A stretch of 63,355 bases of DNA, filler included, from Licmophora abbreviata (taxonomy: Eukaryota): assembly GCA_900291995.1 (NCBI GenBank). It is 54 parts of 54 records of this genome, joined end to end, with 100 filler letters (N's around TTAATTAATTAA, not from the genome) between each part and the next. Parts side by side here need not be neighbours in the genome. Positions count along the whole stretch, not along the records: positions 55,447 to 56,493 come from OLMU01006763.1; positions 56,594 to 57,640 come from OLMU01006764.1; positions 57,741 to 58,786 come from OLMU01006765.1; positions 58,887 to 59,932 come from OLMU01006766.1; positions 60,033 to 61,074 come from OLMU01006767.1; positions 61,175 to 62,215 come from OLMU01006768.1; positions 62,316 to 63,355 come from OLMU01006769.1; 47 more parts are not named here. One strand, given 5' to 3'. The translations under genes were made by a program, and so were the position numbers. Shown in pieces: positions 55,447-63,355 of the stretch (position 1 is the first letter of the stretch; every line of letters begins with the position of its first letter). Below the pieces are notes generated by a model. The model was given only the letters and a program-made list of their open reading frames with translations, was not told where the DNA came from and did no database searches.

Positions 55447-56493
55447 ACTGTCTTCGCCACCTTCGCGAGAGTGGGGGACCACCATCTGCCTCGGCGTCGT
55501 CGGCCAATTTGTTTCTCCCCTGTCCTAATGGCTCTTCCAATGTCGCGGTCGATTTGTTCTTGTCGGTGTTTGAGTTCGGTCCTATGGAGTTGGGTGCTCT
55601 CTTTCCGAAGTAGAGCCTGTCGTTCGATGATGTTGTGGTCGGTCCAGTACTTGCCGACTACCGTTAGAAAAGCTTGTACGTCGCGTGGGTTACTGGAGAC
55701 AAGCCTACGACTGACCGATGCCACTGGATCTTCTGTTTTCCCTGCGAAGAGTATTTCATGGTTGAGGTCAACGTACAACGCTCTGTGATCCGAAAAGATG
55801 CAGGCGTGAAAACCTAACATTCCTGAATTGACGACTGCATCTGCAACTGCTGGGCTCCCCATGACGTGGTCGATTGTTTGAGTTCCTCGGATGTACGTGT
55901 TTGGTGTGGGCCCATCATGTCGAAGTTCTAATAGGTTGATCAAGGCGCAGTCCTGGAGTAGGCGATTGACGCCTTGGGTCTCTCCCGGGTTGAAAGGTTC
56001 GTTGAAGTCGCCCATCACGAGGAGGTCGTGTCCTTGGTTTTCTTTCTGTTGGATGAAAGTGATGATATCGGTGATGAAACTTTCTCGTGGGTCAGGTTTC
56101 TCCAATTCACGGTCTTCTGCCAGTTGTATGTATTGCTGCGTGTAAGCAGTGGTCGATCCGCGCATTTTTGAACTGGAGTGGTGTGCACGGGTTGTTGTAC
56201 TTGTTGGAGGAGCTTGGTCGCATGTTCGATAGGCGGTAATACAAGTGAGTTTTCGTTCTTTGCGTCCTAACATAGTTAGATAGCTCCATCTACCCATGTC
56301 GTCGTATCCTGAATCGATTGTGCGACTGCTCCATTTTCCGGTGGCAGTAAGAGCTGTGCCGCCAGGGAGATATGATCCTTTAGCTTTAGTTTTGCTCGAA
56401 GAGAGTGCAGAACGTGAGCGTGACCATGCTTGGTTAGCAATCTTGGTGTAATCTTGGCGGAGGAGAGGCTGTTTCCAATCGATGTTAGTCTCT
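55447..56493 (-). mobile_element. Non-LTR retrotransposon, APE endonuclease domain
   Basis: ETNIDW, PGGT, MGRWSY, ITAYR, MGDFNE, TYIRG..IDH and SDHRALYVDL. Confidence 0.88.
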
Positions 56494-56593
56494 NNNNNNN
56501 NNNNNNNNNNNNNNNNNNNNNNNNNNNNNNNNNNNNNTTAATTAATTAANNNNNNNNNNNNNNNNNNNNNNNNNNNNNNNNNNNNNNNNNNNN

Positions 56594-56879
56594 GGCCGTC
56601 CAGGATCATCAGGAAGTAGTGGTTCACCATATCAAAGGAACCCTCAACCCTTCTGATATCTTTACTAAGGAGCACAAGTCTCCTGAGTTGTTCTGTCGCC
56701 TCCGCGACTCTTTCATGTCCCGATGCTCGGATGGGGGGTGTCAGACCTCGATGGCACGAGGTCCGAGCTCCGAGATCGAGACTAGCTAGACCGAGGATCC
56801 ATGGATCCATGGATCCTCTCACTCTTTTAGTGTCTGTTGCTCTTGACTGTCGTCTCTAGTGCTTACGCTTAGTCCTACA
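56594..56879 (+). mobile_element. Copia 3' end: RNase H tail, PPT and putative 141-bp LTR (56739-56879)
   Basis: HIKGTLNPSDIFTKE...LRDSFM, then GATGGGGGG, then TGTCAG...CCTACA. Confidence 0.8.
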
Positions 56880-57640
56880 GATCTTAGCGGTCTGATAGAG
56901 GACATCTTCCATGTTGAATTGTCGAACAGGAGGATCAAGGTGTGTAAACCAGGATGATCTCGTAGTCTGCTTACTGTACGAACTGACAGACTCTTGAACA
57001 TGCTCGTGATCCGCAAGCTCCGATCGATCGTAGGATTCATTAGGCGAAGGGAGTTCTTGAGATCCCTCCATATAGAAGGTCCGATGACGTACTCCTGCGT
57101 AGGTGTGACGCTGCCGCAAGAGAATCGCTCGCTTCGTGAGAAGTCCCAAAGTCGTTGTCGTGGACTGATCCTGCTTTGTAGAAGCATGATGACTTAGTAG
57201 TTCGAGGGCACCCCAAATCTCAAAGATGAAGACCGCCAGACAGAAACAGGCGTAGGCAAAGGCGACGCTGCAGGTCCACGTCAATGCCGTTGTTTCCCAC
57301 CAAACTTCACTACTCGTAAACATGAGATAGAGCATGACGAGCAATGGAATGCCGAGGAATGCACAAAAGGCAATCCAATCGACGTAAACAGCATTCCAGC
57401 GTAGAATAGTTCGAAAGAAGTGATGTCCATTCCAGGTATCATGTACAAACTCGGAAGCCATGGTAAGGGCCGAAGCGAGGCCGTAGACGAAAACGGGGAT
57501 GGAGAGAATGACTCCCAGCACGTGAAAGATGTTCAAGCGTTGCTTGCTGGTGAAACCCCCTTCCATGACGAGACTGACAAACAAGAACAAGAGCGTCTGA
57601 AGACAAAAGATGAGCAGGAATCCCGTCATGAGGACAGTCA
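56880..57640 (-). CDS. Multi-pass membrane protein fragment interrupted by the LTR
   Basis: Several hydrophobic helices. The ORF reads into the LTR and stops a few codons inside it. Confidence 0.65.
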
Positions 57641-57740
57641 NNNNNNNNNNNNNNNNNNNNNNNNNNNNNNNNNNNNNNNNNNNNTTAATTAATTAANNNN
57701 NNNNNNNNNNNNNNNNNNNNNNNNNNNNNNNNNNNNNNNN

Positions 57741-57763
57741 ATCACCGACTGCCCATAGAGAGG
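57741..57763 (-). other. Ion Torrent P1 adapter sequence (artefact)
   Basis: ATCACCGACTGCCCATAGAGAGG is the reverse complement of trP1 CCTCTCTATGGGCAGTCGGTGAT. Confidence 0.95.
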
Positions 57764-58786
57764 CGATGCCGCGGTCGTCTTGTTGGGTGAACTTGATGCC
57801 GAGGAAGTCAGCGAAGCTGCCTTCCTTGGTGAGATCGAATCCTTTGGCTTGGAGGTCGGAGATGAACTTGTCGGCGATGCCTGGGTGTCGAGAGGCGATG
57901 CCGCCGTCGTCAACGTAGAGGACGAGGACGAGATCGTGTCGAAAGAAGAGACATGGGTCGACGGCGCTCTGGATGAGACCTAGCTCAAGGATGGCCTTGA
58001 GGAGGTGGTTGAACCAGAGCTTGGGGGCTCGGGCTATTCCATAGAGAGACTTGGTGAGACGTAGGCAGGTTGTTTTGCCTTGGGTGGAGGTGAATCCTCG
58101 AGGGAGGTGGATCCAGATGGGAGTGTCCAGCTTGGCTTGGACGAAGGCGTTGGTGAAGTCGATGGAGATGGCTGTCCATTTTAGGATGAGGGAGAGGGTC
58201 AGGAAGAGTCTTACAGTGGGCCAGCCGACAACAGGTGAGAAATTGTCGTCAGTTGTTTCTTCTAGATCTCCTCTGACGCAATACCTTGCCTTGTATTTCT
58301 TTATCTCTCCATCAGGGGTTCGCTTGCGGCGAAAGGTCCAGGTTCCAGGGAGGATCTTGGCGTTGGCGTCGCTGGTGGGGACTTCAGTCCAGGTGTTCTT
58401 GGCGATGAGGGAGTCCAGTTCATCTTGGGCGGCCTTCTGCCACAGTGGGCGCTCGTGGGAGTGCATGGCTTGGTCGTAGGTTAGCGTGTCTGGGTCAGGG
58501 TTGCGAGAGGCTGCGAAAGAAACTGGAAGACGGAGCTGGTTGGCAAGGAACGTGGAGAAGTGATGGTCCGCAAAGTAGCCGCGTCCTTGTGTGCCGTCGA
58601 AGCCGAGTCGAGTGGGGGCGCGAGGAGACCGGCGAGAGCGACGTGGCGCAACAACAATCAACCGGTCAGAGGGTGGTGTCGTCGTGGGTGCTGGAGACGG
58701 CGGAGTCGTCGCTGTCGTTGGTGGTGTCGTCTCCCTCTGAGGCGACTGTGCGGGGGAGGACAGGCACAGGAGGCTCGACTGGAAGG
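57764..58786 (-). mobile_element. Ty1/copia RT fragment (continues in 21737-22723)
   Basis: KYKARYCVRGD, IDFTNAFVQA, LTKSLYGIARAP and LYVDD. Confidence 0.95.
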
Positions 58787-58905
58787 NNNNNNNNNNNNNN
58801 NNNNNNNNNNNNNNNNNNNNNNNNNNNNNNTTAATTAATTAANNNNNNNNNNNNNNNNNNNNNNNNNNNNNNNNNNNNNNNNNNNNCGTCTCTCAAACCT
58901 CGGTA

Positions 58906-59799
58906 GTGGACCCTGCGTCTCCCGAGCCCAGGTCTTTTTCTCCTATTTTTCACTTGACGAACGAAGCCACTCGTTCCAACGAGAAAGGCTTGGCGTCTAG
59001 TAGCTCTTCTCAGGATTGGAAATCAAAAGAGCCTTCGTCGTGCGGAGAGGTTTCTTTGTTGGACATGCGTCTTGACGAGAAGGAGTGGAACCAGAGAAAG
59101 GAGGTCGAAGATGTGGGCGAACAAGAGAGTGGGTACTCTTACGGCTCCGAAGACAATAAACACAAGGGTGGGGCATCGAATACATCCTCTTCGAATTCGT
59201 TTTTGGGAATGGGTTCTATCGACGCCTCGGCGAACGCGTCGTTCTCCCACGATCGCGTCGCTATCACTGGGTGTCAGGAAGACGACGAGGACAACGAGTG
59301 CAATTCCACCGAGGCTCGGTCAACTTTGACTTCGTCTGATGGACTTCCTTATCTCCTGGAGAGATTCCCCACTCATGGTTTTTATACTCCGATTCGGCTG
59401 AATGGTATTTCTCTCCCTTCTCAGAAGAACGTCGTCTCTCCCGAGTCCGACGAGTCTTGTTTTAGGGTGCCGGCCTCTCTCGAGGACAGCCGTAGGAAGA
59501 ACATGCAGGACGTCCATGAGCAACCGTGTGGGTCCGAAGACAATGAATACAAAGCTGGGGGGTCGATTGCATCCTCTTCGAGATCGATTCTGGGGACGAA
59601 TTCCATCGGCACGTGGTCGAACGCGTCGCTCTCCAAGGATCTCGTCGCTATCATGGGGGGTCAGGAAGACGACCAAGACAACGAGTGCAGTTCCACCGAG
59701 GCTCGGTCACCTGCGAATACGTATTCGGAGTTGGTCCGACTCTTATCGTTGCAGCCCGTAGAGCCCTTTTCGAAGGATACCCATAGATGGCAGAAGTAG
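58906..59799 (+). CDS. Partial Ser/acidic low-complexity protein with a 60-aa internal duplication
   Basis: Diverged 180-bp direct repeats at 59143-59322 and 59530-59709, in frame. Confidence 0.5.
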   Translation: MDPASPEPRSFSPIFHLTNEATRSNEKGLASSSSSQDWKSKEPSSCGEVSLLDMRLDEKEWNQRKEVEDVGEQESGYSYGSEDNKHKGGASNTSSSNSFLGMGSIDASANASFSHDRVAITGCQEDDEDNECNSTEARSTLTSSDGLPYLLERFPTHGFYTPIRLNGISLPSQKNVVSPESDESCFRVPASLEDSRRKNMQDVHEQPCGSEDNEYKAGGSIASSSRSILGTNSIGTWSNASLSKDLVAIMGGQEDDQDNECSSTEARSPANTYSELVRLLSLQPVEPFSKDTHRWQK

Positions 59800-60352
59800 A
59801 AATATACACTGTGTAACTATATACAAAATCAATGATTTATCGTGTCGAATCTCTTCCGCATTTGCGATCAAGAAGCGCCATGTTCGGCGCTTGGACGGGC
59901 CCCTCACGCAAGAACAGTGAGGTGGCAGCCCANNNNNNNNNNNNNNNNNNNNNNNNNNNNNNNNNNNNNNNNNNNNTTAATTAATTAANNNNNNNNNNNN
60001 NNNNNNNNNNNNNNNNNNNNNNNNNNNNNNNNGATATGGCGATGTGAGATTGAAGATATCTGAAGGACGGCGGAGCTAACACACTAAGTAGACCTGGGGT
60101 GTGCAATTGTACAAGTCAACTCACTAAACATCGTCATTAACAAAATTCCTCAGGTGGCCTAGTTGGACAAAAGCGTTTTCTGTCGTACTCGTAGTGGACA
60201 TGAAGTCTGGCGAGAGGCCGGCGTGATCGGTACGACCCGTGTGGCTGATACAGGAGCCTGTAGATCCTATGCGACTCTTTGAATCAAATCTTCAGACAGA
60301 ATCGTCTTTATGGGCACCACTGCATCTCTAAGACAGCGGTTTTACTGCGACG

Positions 60353-61074
60353 TTAGCGTTCCTCGTCCTTGGGTTGATTCGAAATGGTCCCAGCAGGTGT
60401 TACCAGCTGCAACAAGGCTCTCGTGGCCGGTATTTCCCAGCACTCGTCGTAAAAATAGATTTGAACACCTTCTTCACCATCCGGCGGTGGTCGATACCAG
60501 AACTTCGTCCGTCCAATGACATCAATTTTGGGTTTCCACGGCAGGACGTTCAATTTGCCAACCATGTTCCAACGACTCTGGACGTACTCATCAGTCACGC
60601 TGATATCCAAGAGCTTGGATCGACAGGCTTCTGGCGATTCCACTAGGGCACTCACAATGGGTACCAGATTCTGAACATTCGAGACAAACTTGTCACGTCC
60701 GACGAAGCTCAAGGTTGGGTCTGTGAAGCGACAGTTGGGTTCGAATGAGGCGAGATATATGTCACCTGTCCAAAGATAGTTTCGCTCCGTATAGTCCTCT
60801 CTTATGCGATTCATCAGTTCGTCTGGAGAGGATGGAGGGGATAAGGACACTTGAAGAGGGCGATACTGTTGAGATTTGGCCACTGGTTTGCGGAAGCAGT
60901 CGACGATAGATTGTTGGCGGACGTACCTGCAAGCTCGTCGTCAGGTTGTTGCTCACTATTCTTTGTAAGAAAGTTCACAATGCCGGTCAGCGACGACACA
61001 ATACCCTTCGAGGATGCATTGGACGTCTCGAAGGAATCCACTTCGCCATTTCTGCGCTCGGCGAGAACAGATCC
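60353..61074 (-). CDS. Partial DUF2358/SnoaL-like protein, apparent frameshift near 60840-60880
   Basis: YLWTGDI...CRFTDPTLSFVG...RWNMVGKL..LPWKPKIDVIGRT...YDECWEI. Confidence 0.8.
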
Positions 61075-61174
61075 NNNNNNNNNNNNNNNNNNNNNNNNNN
61101 NNNNNNNNNNNNNNNNNNTTAATTAATTAANNNNNNNNNNNNNNNNNNNNNNNNNNNNNNNNNNNNNNNNNNNN

Positions 61175-61322
61175 CTGAGCGAAAGTGATGGGCGCCCATT
61201 TTATTAAAAATATACATCGCTGAAATAAATGTATGCTAATGGGCGCCCATTAGTTACATAGGCGCTGAGCGAAAGTGATGGCCGCCCATTTTTTACTTAG
61301 GCAAAAAACCAAATATCCTAGG
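61175..61322. repeat. Second copy of the palindrome-bearing element terminus
   Basis: CTAATGGGCGCCCATTAG at 61236-61253. CTGAGCGAAAGTGATGG(G/C)CGCCCATTTT repeats at 61175 and 61265. Confidence 0.75.
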
Positions 61323-62316
61323 ATTGCTTCGATAGTGTCATTCTCGTTGAGTATGAGCGCTATTACAAAGACGATTGCTTTCACGGATCGATAGCACCGC
61401 CACCATGCGTTGGGAGTTGTGAGAATTCCTTTGCGACAAGAATTGATAGAGATACGGTCGATAATAGTACATCCTCATTTCAACCACATTTTTAGAACGT
61501 TTTCTACTCTATGGTCTTCAATTGATCACGCACCATTGAGGCGACACCTTTCACGTCTTTATATGACATGTACAAAGCCATGGTAGCAATCAGATTGAAA
61601 ATCTGACAAGTACTGGAGACAAAATGGACTCGACAATGTTTCATTTTTGGCGCTCCAGATAGCTCTAAATGACATTCGCTGTTTGTTGTTCTTCGAGCGC
61701 TTTCTCATTGTCAAATTACACATACGACGGCAGCCACATCTAAGCCACTTCACTAGCGTTGCATGGATATGTCGAGCGTTCGATGGATCAAAAAACTCGT
61801 CCCAAAACGGTCAATCATATTCGTATCTAACAACGCCGACAGCGAAGCACATGTTGCACGGGACGAATCTCCATCGATGCTGGTCCCACGTCCATGCCCG
61901 GTGAATTGTTGTATCCTTCAAAGACCCGTTGGTTAGATGAAAATTTGCGGAAACGTTTTCGGAACTGTCGTCGTCAAAAATAACACGCCTCATTTTTGCA
62001 ATTTGTACTGTCCCCCGTCTGGGAGACAATGGCCGTCGCCTGCCGTGGAGAGAAGACATCCCAGAGCAAATCAAATCAAACACTGTAGAAGAGAGGAATA
62101 AAAACCAAACCAATCGTCAGTCATCCGGTCAAAAGTTTCCGCCCGAAATTCTTGTCCGTCGCCATGCAAATGGCAAGGTGACACACACACCGCAGCAGCA
62201 AGACAAACAAAGCAANNNNNNNNNNNNNNNNNNNNNNNNNNNNNNNNNNNNNNNNNNNNTTAATTAATTAANNNNNNNNNNNNNNNNNNNNNNNNNNNNN
62301 NNNNNNNNNNNNNNNC

Positions 62317-63355
62317 GCCCTTCATCTTAACCTGCCTGGTCTTCAGCGCGATGTGTGTCGCAAGCATCTGAAACAAACCAGACATGCTTCGCTTCACACA
62401 ACTCCCTCTCTCTCTGCTAACGCACATGCTACAACCACACCTTGGATCAGCCTGGCCCTCACCCAAACATCCCAGTGTGTAGTTGCCAACCGTCTTGACA
62501 ACGCCACATATCGCATTGCGGTACAACGCAAGCTGCGTCTTCCTTGTCTCCCGCCAGCTCTTCGGGATCGACTTTGCACCTGTGGCAAAGCGCTTGATCC
62601 ACTTGGGGATCACTTATTCCAGTGCCGCCATTCCAGCAAGGCTCCATTACATCACACCATCCGTGATACACTTACCCTTCTTTGTCGCAAACTCTGCCCT
62701 TTGGCCGGTTATGCGTCCTCCCATCACTGTGTGGTCTCGGAACCAACACACCTCATCCCCGATTCGAACTCCCGGCCTGCCGATGTAGGCATCACGCTAT
62801 CCCCTACATATCTTCCGGCAGCTTCCCTATCTCCTTCTCGGTACGTCGCCATCGACGTTACCATCCCCCCTCCTCCTACACCGTCCTTGCTCACTGCCCC
62901 TACACCCAAAGCGGTTTCCGCTAATACCAGGCACGAGCATGCGGCGAAGCAGAAATTTGAGGGTCGGCGAACAACCCCAACAGTCACCTTGATATCGCAG
63001 CACTTACTGCTAGCCGCATCCAGCTTCTTCCCTTCACAGTTGGCCATCTTGGCGATCTTGGCCACTTTTGCCCATTCCTTTTTGTTTGGTCAGCATGATC
63101 CCTCCTTTCCATGCCCGCCGGCCCCCACCTGGACTTCTGCCTCTTTTACGACTTCCATGGCAGCAGATGCCTACAAACTCGCTTCCGGTTCTCTTGCTGT
63201 TCGCGGCCTCCTCCCTGCCGCCGATCAACATTGGACCCATCAAACCGACCGCTCTCTCTTCTATGGCAACTCCTACCATGAAGCCTTCCCTAGTCACTGG
63301 GCCCTTCATACCCTGGGCCTCAACCTTGTACGCGGCCTCAGTCATCATGTCAATC
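62317..63355 (+). mobile_element. RLE-type (CRE-clade-like) non-LTR retrotransposon C-terminal region
   Basis: Manual translation, not in the ORF track: YRIAVQRKLRLP...CTCGKALDPLGDHLFQC...LHHTIRD...RPADVGI...VAIDVTI...AKQKF. A shifted segment reads LLPFTVGHLGDLG. Confidence 0.78.

Noticed and set aside
61236..61322. Helitron 3' end (hairpin plus CTAG)
   Set aside because: The base after CTAG/TTAG is G in both copies rather than T, and the palindrome is reiterated; left unclassified.

Overview
This window is not a contiguous locus. It is an artificial concatenation of 54 short contigs (about 1.04-1.12 kb each, roughly in descending size) joined by 53 identical 100-nt linkers (N44-TTAATTAATTAA-N44), so adjacency across a linker means nothing. 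Most contigs look like diatom nuclear DNA: an Lhcx gene with an ASAFAP-type targeting signal and GT-AG introns, Rpn13, kinases, sulfotransferases and a COG0523 GTPase. Transposon fragments are abundant: copia, gypsy, DIRS/Ngaro-like, APE- and RLE-type non-LTR elements, and MULE. Four AT-rich contigs are mitochondrial-type (rnl, cob, group II introns). Two GC-rich contigs are bacterial, Rhodobacteraceae-like (rplK-rplA; cobalamin riboswitch plus hupE/ureJ). An Ion Torrent P1 adapter is present, so single-base frameshifts in homopolymers are suspect. Main candidates for follow-up: (1) a group II twintron, with a degenerate intron nested at the FLG|YTF motif of another intron's RT/maturase ORF; (2) a conserved extra ORF overlapping the gag start in two copia-like copies; (3) an in-frame gag-UAG-RT junction with a readthrough-like structure in a DIRS/Ngaro-like element; (4) sister group II introns in rnl and cob with retargeted EBS loops; (5) a herpes-tegument-like (VTD) deubiquitinase ORF missing from the ORF track; (6) a decayed CBM96 + PL7 alginate lyase gene; (7) a 188-bp satellite hit by an LTR element; (8) a dispersed element built on an 18-bp palindrome. 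All family assignments are by eye from motifs; no searches were run.
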